Source: Sphyrna mokarran (lineage: Eukaryota). Taken from it: DNA of 64,000 nt. Positions 1 to 11,557 of this stretch are shown in pieces. Position 1 is the first letter of the stretch; every line of letters begins with the position of its first letter. Location: contig JAGIQG010000010.1 in assembly GCA_024679065.1 (NCBI GenBank), forward strand, positions 10,106,001 through 10,170,000, in the 5' to 3' direction. The translations under genes and the position numbers were made by a program. Below the pieces are notes generated by a model that was given only the letters and a program-made list of their open reading frames with translations, had not been told where the DNA came from and searched no databases.

Positions 1-175
1 CGTGGTTAGAAATGTTGCTGCTTTCTTTATTTTTCCACCCGTTTTTTGGAATTCCCATTATTTTTCCCCTTGTAATGTTAATGCAACGTTCTTAGAATCA
101 GCAGATGGGTGTCGTTAAAAAGAAAATGGCCACACCTTTGAGGCCCTTCTGTTGAGGTCACCACTGACAACAATG

Positions 176-329
176 TGGCACAGTGGTTAGCACTGCTGCC
201 TCACAGCGCCAGGGACACAGGCTCAATTCCCTGTCACTGTCACTGTGCGGAGTCTGCACCTTCTCCCTGTGTCTGTGTGGGTTTCCTCCGGGTGCTCCAA
301 TTTCCTCTCACAATCCAAAAGACATGCTG
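176..329 (+). mobile_element. V-SINE (HE1-like), 3'-truncated
   Basis: tRNA-like head GTGGCACAGTGGTTAGCACTGCTGCCTCACAG plus V core GGGTTTCCTCCGGGTGCTCC. Confidence 0.85.
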
Positions 330-415
330 AACTGAAAGAGGTCTCCTGATAAACATGACAATCAGGGGCATTTGGTTTGCATATTGTAATTTATTCCAAC
401 TTTAGTCAGTTTCAA

Positions 416-709
416 TGGTACAGTGGTTAGCACTGCTGCCTCATGGCGCCAGGGACTCAGGTTCAATTCCCAGCTTTGGTCACTGTCTGTGTGGGGTCTG
501 CACATTCTCCCCAAGTCTGCATGGATTTCCTCTGGGTGCTTCAATTTCCCCCCACAGTCCGAAAGCCAAGCTGATTAGGTGCATTAGCCATGCTAAATTC
601 TCCCTCAGCAGACCCGAACAGAGGCCAGAGTGTGACAATTAGAGAACTTTCACTGTAACTTCATTGCAGTGTAAATGTAAGTCTCATTGTGACACTAATA
701 AATAAAAAA
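416..709 (+). mobile_element. V-SINE, tail type B
   Basis: Head, V core, tail ..TTCACTGTAACTTCATTGCAGTG..TGTGACACTAATAAATAAA. Confidence 0.85.
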
Positions 710-771
710 AGTTGCGCCTTCTATATCGTACTTCATGTTTGGTATACCGAAAACAATCTCAATAAGATAAT

Positions 772-1155
772 TATTTTATCCATTCATGGCGTCACTGCCA
801 AGGTCAACATTTGTTGTTCATCCCTAGTTGCCCTTGAACAGAGTGCCTTGCTTGGCCATTTCAGATGGCAGTTAAAAATTAACTGTTTTGCTCTATGTCT
901 GGAATCACATGTACTCCAGAGAGGGTAAGGATGACAGATTTCTCTCCCTATGAACATTAGTGAAGCAGATGAGTTTCTACATTAGTCTACATTTCATGGT
1001 CACCATTACTGAGACTAGTTTTATACTCCAGATTTATGAATTGAATTTAAATTCCAAGAGTTGCCATGGTGGGATTTGAACCCATGCCCTGAGAGCATTA
1101 ACCTAAACTTCTGGATTACTGATCTAGCAACATTACCACTCTAACACTGTCTCTC
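772..1155 (-). mobile_element. Second tRNA-derived shark SINE family (tail shared with a CR1-clade LINE)
   Basis: Reverse strand has head ..TAGATCAGTAATCCAG..GGGTTCAAATCCCACCATGGCA and tail CAAGGGCAACTAGGGATGAACAACAAATG; homologous to 16965, 25903, 26155, 30228. Confidence 0.75.
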
Positions 1156-1757
1156 CCTATAATTAATTTCTTACACTATAACAATGATTACACTTCAAAA
1201 ATCCTTCATTGACTGTTAAGCTCCTTGGGATATCCTGAGGATACAAGAAGCACAAGATGAAAGTACAAGTTCCTTTGTATGAAGAACAGCAAAAACCGAC
1301 ATCTCCCTAAAACTTACTTGTAAATCTCTCTACTTTCTGTCAATAAAGACACATTGAGTTTAATATTTTACAACAAGTAAATGACCATACAATCCAAGAA
1401 GTTCTTCTCAAGAAGTAATGAGTTGTGACAATTCATCTACAGATGTTGCAAATGGAATTTTCCCATTAAAGGGCAAAGTGTCAGATTCTAATTAAAAACC
1501 AGTGTATTTCTCCCCAGTAATTAGCCTTTTGGAAAGGATGCCCCAATCTAACATTAAGAGATAAGCCCCCTCACCCACATTGCTGTCCTGCTCCCTCCTT
1601 CCTCTCCTGCAACAGCTATCTGGGGCCACTTCTCCTCACCAATTATTTTGCTGGCAATCTCTTCCCCCTCCAATCCATTCATTCTTGCTGGCAACCTCCC
1701 CACCATCATCAGCACATGTCAAAGTTAATAATGTCTTTGCAACAGTATGAACCATTT

Positions 1758-2058
1758 GGGCGGCATGGTGACACAGTTGTTAGAACTGCTGCCTCACAGT
1801 GCTAGGGACCCAGGCTCAATTCTGGCCTTGAGTCACTGACTCTGTGGAGTTTGCATGTTCTCCCTGTGTCTGCGTGGGTTTCTCACAGGTGCTCCGACTT
1901 CCTCCCACAGTTCAAAGATGTGTGGGTTAGGTTCGTTGGTCTAAACCCAATTGATACTAGTGTTGGGGGATTGGTGGGGTGGACGTGTGGCACTGTGTCA
2001 GTGTGGACTCGATGGTCTGAATGGCCTCCTTCTACATTGTCATCATAATTCTATGATT
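1758..2058 (+). mobile_element. V-SINE, tail type A (CR1/HER1-like)
   Basis: Head, V core, tail GAATGGCCTCCTTCT..ATTCTATGATTC. Confidence 0.85.
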
Positions 2059-2244
2059 CCAAATGCACATTTTTTTCAAGTAAATTGGCACCTTATTCTG
2101 AATATTATTAAATACATGGCGTGCAAAATATGTCAGTAAGCTCAATACAGCTGAATAACTATAGTTAGAGTATGTAACATATATGTGAAACATTAATTCT
2201 ATAAAATATACTACCCATCATTGTTTTTGAAGTTCTTCATTGGA

Positions 2245-2572
2245 GCTTTATAGAATTTATAGAAACCCATTCAGTCTATCAAGTCTGCACCAACAATAAT
2301 TTCACCCAGGCCCTATCCATGTAACCCACATACTTACCCCGCTAATCCCTCCAACCTACACATCTTGGGACACTAAGGGACAACTTAGCATGGCCAATGC
2401 ACCCAACCTGCACATTTTTGGACTGTGGAAGGAAATCAGAGCACCTGATGAAAGTCCACGTACACATAGGGAGAAAGTGCAAACTCCACACAGATAATGA
2501 CCCAAGCTGGGAATCGAACCTGGGTCCCTGGTGCTGTGAGAAGCAGCAGTGCTAACCACTGTGCCACCATGC
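2245..2572 (-). mobile_element. V-SINE, tail type A
   Basis: Reverse complement of consensus; ends GCAGCAGTGCTAACCACTGTGCCACC on + strand. Confidence 0.85.
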
Positions 2573-2921
2573 AGGATCTCTATGGGATCAACTTCACCAA
2601 AAGCTGCTCTGAGTGCAAAGATTTGCCTGGTGGGAGCTCATTTCAGGCATCAGTGTGCTCTGCAAGGACTGTTATCAAGTTCAGGAAATGGATAATCGTG
2701 CAGTGCTTCTTACTTTCATCCAAAGAGTTGCTGATATCTTTTCACAACACAAAAAAAAATCTGCAGGGGGAATAGTAATTCATCTGTCTTGAATAAGCTT
2801 TAATATATTGTGCTTGGTAGAGAATCTTGGAATTTCTATTGAGTATTTTATTGGAAATCCTGAGGTCATCATTTGTAGTGATGGAGACCTATGTCAAATT
2901 GCCACATTGTGATTACATCTC

Positions 2922-3090
2922 CTGATGGGGAGATACTGGATTGGAAGTGGGTAAACACAATAAGAAATCTCACAACATCAGGTTAAAGTCCAACAGGTTT
3001 ATTTGGTAGGAAAAGCCACTAGCTTTTGGAGCACAGCCCTTTTGTCAGGTGAGTGGGAGTTCTATTCACAAACAAGGCATATAAAGAGTC
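2922..3090 (-). mobile_element. Penelope-like element terminal fragment with degenerate hammerhead
   Basis: Homologous to the 3' part of the GIY-YIG-bearing copy at 27371-27920; core reads CTGACAA..CAAAA (CpG-decayed). Confidence 0.75.
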
Positions 3091-3572
3091 ACCCCAATTT
3101 TATATCACTCAGCAATTCAAGTCTAGATTTTTGAATGATGGAGAGCCACTTTATCATTGTGAAAGTGGCAAAGGAGACCAAAAAATCTTAAGTTTCACTG
3201 CCAAACATAACACAACCATTTTCCTGGTGGTAGGTCACTTTTATGAATACACATTTCACAGAGGCAACTGCCAATATATATGGCAGATTTCTTCACTCAT
3301 GTCTAATTTTGGTGACCCAAGTGTGTGATACACAACATGCACAGTTTATATCTGATGGGAACAGTTCTGAACTTTGCAGAGTCTTTTGGAGAGATTATAT
3401 ACCGTTTTGAAGAGGTTATATAGAAATGGCCCCAGGACAACTTTGTGCGAGGTCAGGTACTGCTTGGAAGAAGTAAAGTGTCATTTGGGATTGTTACAAA
3501 TAGGCATGAATGTACATAAAAAGTGCATAAACTAATTGATGGTCAAGCTCATTAGCACTATCAAAAATATTC

Positions 3573-3670
3573 AAATGAACTGCCAAAGGCAACTGTCAAA
3601 AATGTCAAAATGAACTCTCAAAAGCAACTGTCTAATGTGTCCAAATGAACTGTTGAAAATAATTGTCAAG
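3573..3670. repeat. Degenerate 35-bp tandem repeat, about 3 units
   Basis: AAATGAACT recurs at 3573, 3608 and 3643, each followed by an AA(C/T)TGTC motif. Confidence 0.7.
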
Positions 3671-4736
3671 CTGTGAAGGCAGTTAAAACTCCTACTCTTT
3701 GGAAGAAATGTCTGGAATGTTAAAAAAAATCATTGTTTGCTATTTCACTCTGTCTGAGGGCAACCATTTGTGGATCTGTGAAGCATGACTGATTACACAA
3801 CCTTCATTTATCACAGTAGAGTGATTGCCATTTCATAGTTTTACAGTCTCAAATGGTTATAGACTCTTTGAAGTGGGATTAAGGGTTTCAATGCTTTGAA
3901 TGAAATGTTTGTTCTTATAATGGATTATGTAGTTGAAGGAATGTAAGTGTAGTAATTGTTTCTATAAATGAGAATATGTTTCCACAATAGACACTTAGGA
4001 CTTCATATTATGTCATCTCAGCGTGGCTCCTGAGTTCTGCCCATAGTGGATACTGAGTGAGTTGGTATGGTAAGTGTGAATACAAAGGGTGATGGGTGGA
4101 GGTAATCAACTGGAATGAGTTGGCACAAAGTTGGTATATGGACAATAAAGGATTAGACATATGGGTAAGAGGTAGCACAGAGGGTACAAGAGATCTTAAG
4201 GAATGGGCAGCATAGCATAGTTTGACATGGAAGATATAAAGAGGTATGGTTGGAAGTGAGGACATGAGGTGGCATGGAGGGTTTGAGGGGCCATGGGGAA
4301 TGCATGAGATGGGTGAGAGATGAGAGTTGGAGAATTTTTACTTTTTTTTTAATTTCAACACAGTCCAAGACAGACTTTCTGCCTCGCCCACTTCCACACA
4401 TGGCAATTCCACAATCATTCCAGGTTCCCCAGCCTAGTTCCCAAAGAAGCCAGCCACTGCAAAAGAAAAAAATCCAACTTCAGGGCACTTTCTCCCAGGA
4501 AATGTCCCAACTCTGCATTTCTCTGAGAGTGAAAACCCAGATCTTAGTCTACATCTTCAATGATGTAACCAATGCTACTTCTCAAGTTAGCATATTTGTT
4601 ATTTGATTGCAAATATCAAAGTGTCCATATGAAACAAGAAGAAAATGTATCACTTAAAAAATAAACTACCTCTAGATTATGCCTATACACCCTGGTCATA
4701 TTTCTGAAGCACTGCTTTGCATTACAGCTATATACA

Positions 4737-5043
4737 CAGTGGCATCATGGTTAGCACTACTGCTTCACAGGGACCCAAGTTTAGTTTTGGCCTCGAGGAA
4801 CGGTCTGTGTGGAATTTGTACGTTCTCCTTGTGTCTGCGTGCATTTCCTTCAGGTCCAGTCTCCTCCCACAATCCAAAGAGATGCAGGTTAGGTCGATTG
4901 GCCAGGCTAAATTGTCCCTTAGTGTCGGGGGGGATTAGCAGAGTAAATATGTAGAATTTCGTGGACAGGACCTGGCTGGGATTGTTGTTGGTGCAGGCCC
5001 AAAGGGCTGAATGGCCTCTTTCTGCACTCTCAGGATTCTATTA
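4737..5043 (+). mobile_element. V-SINE, tail type A
   Basis: Head with deletion, V core, CR1-like tail. Confidence 0.8.
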
Positions 5044-5977
5044 TTAAATGTATATACCTTTGCTATAACCCAAATTCCACCTATGGTGAACTCTCAAATA
5101 AACTGGACACAAATAAAATACTATTAGCCTTGAGTCAGAAAATAACTTTGGAGTCAACGGAATAAAAAAACCTCAAATCTTTAAGGAGTTAAACACAATC
5201 ATTTAGCTATCACTTTGATCCAGGAAGGAGGAAAACTTCTGGTGGAAATATTTTTAAAATATCATTGCGTGTTAACCATTAATGAAATCGCTGTTGTAAA
5301 ACCATAGAAATGATATAAATAATAAAACCGATTTTGTAATGAACTGAGCAATGTATTTCCTGCACTACCCCACCATCCCAACCTAATAGAACAAGAAGTT
5401 ATGTCCATATGTATGTCAAGTAATCTAGCATGTGTGACACATGCCTGAAATTGTATGTGCCTGGTCTGAAATTGGGGAAGAGCTGGAAATGGGCAGATAT
5501 TCTCAATCAGGCAAGCTTATTGCCAGCTTCCCCACTTGGAAACTTCCTCTAATTCAAGCGACTAACAAAGTTATAATATTTGACCATCTTGGTGCTTTTA
5601 AAGATAATGGACAAGAACCGTGCAGCCAAAGACGCCATAGGTTTAAGATGAGAGGGGAGAGATACGAAAGTTCCAGAGGGGCAATTTTTTGTGAAGCAGT
5701 TTGGGATGATTCATTATAATAAAGGTGCAATGTAAATGCGAGTTGTTGGAACTGGCAGTACTTGAAAAATAAAACCAGAAAATCTTAAACCATAAGACCT
5801 TAAGATCATAGAAACAGAATTAGATCATTCGGTCCATCGAGTCTGCTCTGTCATTCAATCATGGCTGGTTTCCTTATAGAGTCATAGAGTCAGAGATTTA
5901 CAGCATGGAAACACACCCTTCAGCTCAACTTATCCATGCTGTCCAGTTTTTAACACTAAGCTAGTCCCAATTGCCTA

Positions 5978-6610
5978 TAATCTCGAAAGGGTCAAAATAC
6001 AAGAGCTGGGATGTACTTTTGAGGCTGGGAAAAGCTCTGATTGGACCCCTTTTGGCATATTGTGAGCAGTTTTGGAAACCATATCTATGGAAGGATGCTA
6101 TGGCCTTGGGAAAGATCCATAGGAGGTTCACTAGAATGATCCCTGGAATGGAGAGCTTGTTGTATGAGGAACGGTTAAGGACGCTGGGTCTGTACTCATT
6201 GGAGTTTTGAAGGATGAGGTGGCATTTTATTGAAACTTAGAGGATACTGCGAGGTTTGGATAGAATGGATGTGGACAGGATGTTTCCACTAGTGGGATAA
6301 ACTAGAACCAGAGGGCACAACTTCAAGCTAAGGGGAAGATCCTTTAATTCTGAGATGAGGAGGAATTTCTTCAGTGAGAGGGTGGTGGATCTGTGGAACT
6401 CTTTGCTGCAGAATGTTGTGGAGGCCAGGTCATTGAGTGTCTTTAAGACAGAGATAGATAAGTTCTTGATTGGTAAGGGGATCAGGGGTTATGGGGAAAA
6501 GACAGGAGAATGGGAATGAGAAAAATATCAGCCATAATTGAATGGCAGGGTAAACTCGATGGGCCGAGTGGTCAAATTCTGTTCTGATATCTTATGGGCT
6601 TATGGTCTTA
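5978..6610 (+). mobile_element. CR1/HER1 LINE 3' fragment (ORF2 C-terminus and tail)
   Basis: ORF 5971 reads ..LAYCEQFWKPYL..RRFTRMIPGMESLLYEERLRTLGLYSLE, typical of CR1 ORF2. Confidence 0.9.
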
Positions 6611-6651
6611 AGGTCTTCTGGTTTTCATCTTGAAGTATTGCCAGTCCCAAC

Positions 6652-6868
6652 AGAGAGTGGTGAGTGTCGAGAACAAGTTGCGAGAGGTAGTAGTAGAGGC
6701 AGATACAATTTTGTCTTTTTAAAAGCATTTATTCAGTTGTATGGGTAAGATGGGTATAGAGAGATATGGGCCAAATTGGGGCAATTGGGACTAGCTTAAT
6801 GGTTAAAAAACTGGCAGCATGGACAAGTTGGGCTGAAGGGCTTGTTTCCATGCTGTAAACCTCTATCA
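6652..6868 (+). mobile_element. CR1 LINE 3' end (second subfamily)
   Basis: CAGAGAGTGGTGAGTGTC..GGCAGCATGGACAAGTTGGGCTGAAGGG..TTTCCATGCTGTAA. Confidence 0.8.
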
Positions 6869-7199
6869 GTTGAAGGAAACCAACCATAATTGAATGGCGG
6901 AACAGACTCGATGCCTAATTTTGTCATGGATAAATAAACATTAAACCTTTCAAACCTCATTGCCCAGGACTTCTATCTGAGAATAGACCCAGAATATCAC
7001 CTGTTATGCTTTGGTTATTCAAACTTGGAATGTTTATTAAGGACAACCAAACTCAAAAAAAAATCTGAAGAAACATTTCTAACAATTCCGTTCTTGGCTG
7101 CAGTGAATAAGGGAACAGAGACTAGCTTTCATCTTAAATACTTAAAGTACATTAGACAGTCTGTTCATTATTACCTCGAGTGGACTGCGGTTGAAAGGA

Positions 7200-7900
7200 C
7201 TAAATTGAACAGCTGAATTAGCACATATCTTCATGTTTGGTCGCACTTCTGTTTTGTATTTTATCTTTGAAGAGCCTGCTTGCCTTTTGATGTTGTCTCA
7301 GCGCATCACTGTTTAAATAGAAGAAAATAAAACAAAAGCTACTTTGCAGCAGGAACACACGTTGCAAAGTTTTGAACACCATGGGTTTCCACTTTGAAAG
7401 TTCTGAGGTGTGCGCACTCGAATGTCCTTCCTGCCGATGTCAGGCCCAGTCGACCGTGACACAAAACGCATCTCTCGCACCTTATCTGATAGTCATTAGT
7501 TCAGATCAGCACATCCGTCACAAGGCAGCGCTTGATATAAACAAGAGATCACCAAAGACACTGCTTGTAATCAATGGCAGGGCGGCTCGAGTATTGAGGC
7601 CCCTCCAGTGTTCCATCATTTCTCTCACCCTCTATTCCGATGGCCAAACGAAGCATTAATTCCGATAATAAATCTGAGGTGATTTAAATCCGGGGCCGTG
7701 CGGCTGCCTGCTTTAATGATTTATTTTGTACATTCCGCGAAGCGGGAGATTTGTCCATTCCGACTGACAGGTCACCTTCAGCTGCCACAGGCAGACCATT
7801 CTTCATCAGGCAGGCGAGCATCTCATCCCAGCAAGTAAATATTAAAGTAAAATAGTCCAATTGATTGTGGATGGAAGAGAGAAGGTGCCGCGGCAATATA
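7200..7900. promoter_or_regulatory. Candidate conserved intronic enhancer
   Basis: Repeat-free, CpG-retaining; TGATTTAA 7680, TGATTTAT 7717, TGACAG 7765. Conservation not tested. Confidence 0.45.
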
Positions 7901-8419
7901 TATATATTTCACCCAAAGTGCGAATACCTCACTTTCCGAGCCTTCTGTGGCTCATTTACTAGAATTACAATGCTGTGTGAAGGCAATGGCTCAAGGTTAT
8001 GGAAGAGATAAAACAGTTTCTTATTAGCTTCATTGGCATGACCGCACTCTATTAATCAGTGGATCTCAGCTCAGCCGATTAGTCTGACCCTATCTGCTTG
8101 CCTATCTGCAGTAACAACTTCTCTGCCCTAACCTCCTTCACAAATTTTCTGCCAAAAGTCTTCATATTTCCAGGCTGCACTCTGTTTAATTGCGAGCACA
8201 TCCAAGGGTTTATGTATCCTGTGATACTGGTCACAGTGGAACTCAAGATTGGATGGTGGTGCCAGGTTCCAGTTGAAAAAGAAATTGGATGTGATGGTTG
8301 AAGCAGACCTCACAGGGACCAACCACAGTCTACTGAGAAACAAGGAGGACTAACACCAGTTCATCATGAGGTATCACTGCAGGGACATATCTACATTTTC
8401 TCCTTTATTAAACAAAGTT

Positions 8420-8712
8420 TTAAAGTTTATTTGTTTATTAGTTGGCCAGGCATATACAGTTGATTTATTACAAGTAAAGCTCACATTAACACTGCAATGA
8501 AGTTACTGTGAAATTCCCCTACTCATCACATTCCAGTGTCTGTTCAGGTCAATGCACCTAACCATTTTAGATTATGGGAAGAAACTGGAACACCCGGAGA
8601 AACCCAAGCGGACACGGGGAGAACATGTAAATTCCACACAGACAGTGACCCAAGCTGGGATCAAACCTGTGCCCCCAGCGTTGTGAGGGAGCAGTGCTAA
8701 CCACTGTGCCAC
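8420..8712 (-). mobile_element. V-SINE, tail type B
   Basis: CACATTAACACTGCAATGAAGTTACTGTGAAA..GCAGTGCTAACCACTGTGCCAC. Confidence 0.85.
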
Positions 8713-9144
8713 TTCTGATGATTCTTCTCTTTCAACCTTTCTTTTTTTTCATTCATGGGATGGGGACATTGTTGAGAGAGAGAGAGAGACTGAGACTTTT
8801 GCTGGCTCTCATAATTTCAGCAAGTCTTAAGGGAAAGCAGCATCGAGATAGCAAAAATACCAAAGAAGAAAGAAGGTCCAAACAGAAGAGTCAAGAGAGA
8901 CGGCCCAGAATATTCCAAAAGGCACCAAACCTGGTTGTAATTTTGAGAGTGACTGAATTCTCTTCTGTTATTGAGTGCGAATTGTATATTTCTGAAAAGC
9001 ATTCCATTAGAATCATGTTTTATTCAGTGTCTTAAAAGTCTAGTTAATGTGTTCACTATCAGTTAGATAAATAAATAGTTACATATTGATTTTATAGTAA
9101 GTGTCAGGAATCTATTTTGTATTTAAGTAAAATAAAAGTAAATT

Positions 9145-9400
9145 TTATTTATTAGTCGCAAGGTTTACATTAACACTGCAGTGAAGTTAATGTGAAATTC
9201 CCCTAGTTTCCATGATCTGGCACCTGTTCAGGTCAATGCATCTAACTAGCAGAATGTGGGAAGAAATTGGAGCACTCGGAGGAAACCCACACAGACACAG
9301 GGAGAATGTGCAAACTTCACACTGACAGTGACTCAAGCCTAGAATCGAACCAGTGTCCCTGGCGCTGTGAGATAGCAGTGCTAACCATTGTGCTAGCCGC
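9145..9400 (-). mobile_element. V-SINE, tail type B
   Basis: Same structure as the 8420 copy. Confidence 0.85.
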
Positions 9401-9879
9401 CCTATCACTAAAAGTGTTGAAGAGAAGGTCACACCACTTCAGGCACACTTTTTACAGTTAACGAGGTGTTTCGGGGTTAGTTCTCAGGGAGGGGCAGGGA
9501 TCAATCTCTGCTTAGTAACACCTCTCTGAGATGTCATTCCCACCCATTTGTACTGTATTATTTTACTTCAACCCGAAGCTTTGCTGTTCCTTTCCATTTA
9601 TCCTAGAGAAGCAAGATGGCTCTACTCTTTGATATGCGAGTTAGTGGAAACAGTTACAAATTGATGATCTCACTGACCAAATAATGAAAGCTTTATAGCA
9701 AATTCTCAGTGACTTGACAACGTTCAACATCTGATGTCAAAAGGAATTTCAACCAGCTCCACAACTGTCAGGACTAATATAGAAATCTTTCCAGAAACTA
9801 CATCTCAACAACTGTATCCATTTGGGAGCAATTGCATCAATGCAGCTTTTTTAGTAATGCATTTTCTATAAAGCTCAAA

Positions 9880-10018
9880 NNNNNNNNNNNNNNNNNNNNN
9901 NNNNNNNNNNNNNNNNNNNNNNNNNNNNNNNNNNNNNNNNNNNNNNNNNNNNNNNNNNNNNNNNNNNNNNNNNNNNNNNNNNNNNNNNNNNNNNNNNNNN
10001 NNNNNNNNNNNNNNNNNN
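9880..10018. other. Assembly gap (139 N)
   Basis: Run of N. Confidence 1.
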
Positions 10019-10189
10019 ACTCGCATCGAGTCACACAAGAGAGATGTCAGGGCAGATGATCAGGAATTTGGTCAAAAAGGTTTGAAAGAGGATCTTAAAG
10101 AGGGAAAAGAGAGGCAGAAAGGTAGAATTCCGTAACTCGAAGTCTTGACAGGAAAAGGCCAGTGGAGAAATTAAACCTGGGATTGTCCA

Positions 10190-10395
10190 ACAGTAAGATG
10201 TCTCACAACACCAGGTTAAAGTCCAACCAGTTTATTTGATAGTAAACCCACAAGCTTTCGGAAATGCTGTTCCTTCGTCAGGTGTGTGGAAAGTTTTGCT
10301 CAGAGAAGGACATATAAAGAAAAACACAGTTTACAGAATACTGTTTAGAATGCAAGTCTTTACAGCTAACCTGCTATTCAAGTCATAAAGGTACT
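10190..10395 (-). mobile_element. Penelope-like element terminal fragment
   Basis: CAGTAAGATGTCTCACAACACCAGGTTAAAGTCCAAC.. homologous to the 27371-27920 3' UTR. Confidence 0.8.
10249..10284 (-). ncRNA. Minimal type I hammerhead ribozyme motif, intact core
   Basis: Minus strand CAC-CUGACGA-A-GGAA(CAGCAU)UUCC-GAAA-GCUU-GUG: stem I CAC/GUG, stem II GGAA/UUCC, palindromic AAGCUU in place of stem III. Confidence 0.75.
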
Positions 10396-10879
10396 TGTCC
10401 AAGAGGCAGAATTCGAACAGCACGGATATCTATGAGGGGGTTGGAGAAGATAACGGAAACAGAGAGGGGTTAGTTGATGGAGAACTTTGGAAAGAAAAAT
10501 GAAAATTTAAAATTGAGGCATTTTTGAAGCGGAAGCCAACTTAACAACAGGGGTGATGGGTGAACAGAATTAGGGCATGGAACGAGCTTGAGTTTATGGA
10601 GGGTTGAATATGCAAGGCTGGCCAGGTGTATACAGTTGATGTTTTCAATTTAAACTCCTCGACAGCACCATTCCTGCTGTGATACTGAGTCGAACAAAGC
10701 AGCTGTGTTGCAGACTTGACATCCTGCACTGATTTGGAGCTGTGAGGCTGGTACAGTTACTTTCATACTTCCCAGGGATTGGCAAGGGAAGAACACAAAC
10801 TGAGCACCATTTCCTAATCCTGCACCAACATGCAGATGTCTGGTTAGTTTTTCAGACTGGGAGGCTTTATGACAAAACA

Positions 10880-11100
10880 GCCTTACTGTCCCCTAGCCCA
10901 CGCACAGATATCCAGGCTCTCCCAATTCTGCCCTCTTGGACAATCCCAGGTTTAATATCTCTCCCAGCCATTTTTTGTCACTCCTGGAGTCTGGAATTGC
11001 ACTTTTATGTCTCTCTTTTCCCTCTTTAAGATCCTTCTTAAAATCTCTTTGATCAAACTCTTCATCTTCTGCCCTGACATCCCTTTTGCGTGACTCGGTG
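10880..11100 (+). mobile_element. Degraded L2-like LINE 3' fragment
   Basis: TCTGGAATT..TCTCTTTTCCCTCTTTAAGATCCTTCTTAAAATC..TTTGATCAA. Confidence 0.5.
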
Positions 11101-11254
11101 CAAGATTTTAGAACATAGAATACAGAACATAGAAAAACTACAGCACAAACAGGCTCTTCGGCCACTAGTTGCGCTGATGATATCCATACCTAGTAGGCTT
11201 ACCTATTTGTTTGATAACATTGGTATATGACATCCCAAGATACTTTTGAAGTGT

Positions 11255-11557
11255 AGACACAATTTTAGGGAATGTGACGACTAATGTTCACACTGCAAGC
11301 ACTATGATAGTGACCAGGTAATCTGTTCGTTTATTAATACTGATAGGACACCGGGGAGAACTCCTCTGCCACTCTAATGCCATGGAATCTATGATATCCA
11401 CCTGAGGGAACAAATGGGGTCTCAGTTTAATTTGAAAGGTGGCACTTCATTTCACTGCCAGCCAAGACATTATTGCTCAGGTCTCTGGAGTGGGAGTTGA
11501 ATTCATAAGCCTGTGTCTCAGAAATAAGAGTGCTCCTAACTGAGCCATGGCTGACAC
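11255..11557 (-). mobile_element. Deu-domain SINE (SacSINE1-like)
   Basis: GGACACCGGGGAGAACTCCTCTG (Deu core, reverse) and head GTGCTCCTAACTGAGCCATGGCTGAC. Confidence 0.7.

Larger units (their letters stand above)
10022..10630 (-). mobile_element. Degraded L2-like LINE 3' region, interrupted by a PLE fragment at about 10190-10395
   Basis: GGTCAAAAAGG..ATCTTAAAG..GAATTCC..AATTTAAAATTGAGGCA pattern of L2 3' ends; homologous inverted to 10880-11100. Confidence 0.55.

Noticed and set aside
176-240. tRNA genes (A and B boxes in many places)
   Set aside because: All are SINE heads running into SINE bodies; no complete cloverleaf seen.
415-642. Recurrent small 'protein family' (QWLALLPHSARD..CLCGVCTFS)
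   Set aside because: Chance translation of V-SINE copies; frame and stops vary between copies.
3573-3670. CRISPR-like repeat-spacer array
   Set aside because: Degenerate tandem units without unique spacers, no cas genes, vertebrate context.
8770-9130. Possible solo LTR
   Set aside because: Composition is suggestive, but I found no TG..CA termini, TSD or second copy.
9805-9879. Peptide ..QLLPNG resembling the end of the DACH1 alternative exon (SHLLPNG)
   Set aside because: Preceding residues do not match and no GT donor follows; coincidence next to a gap.
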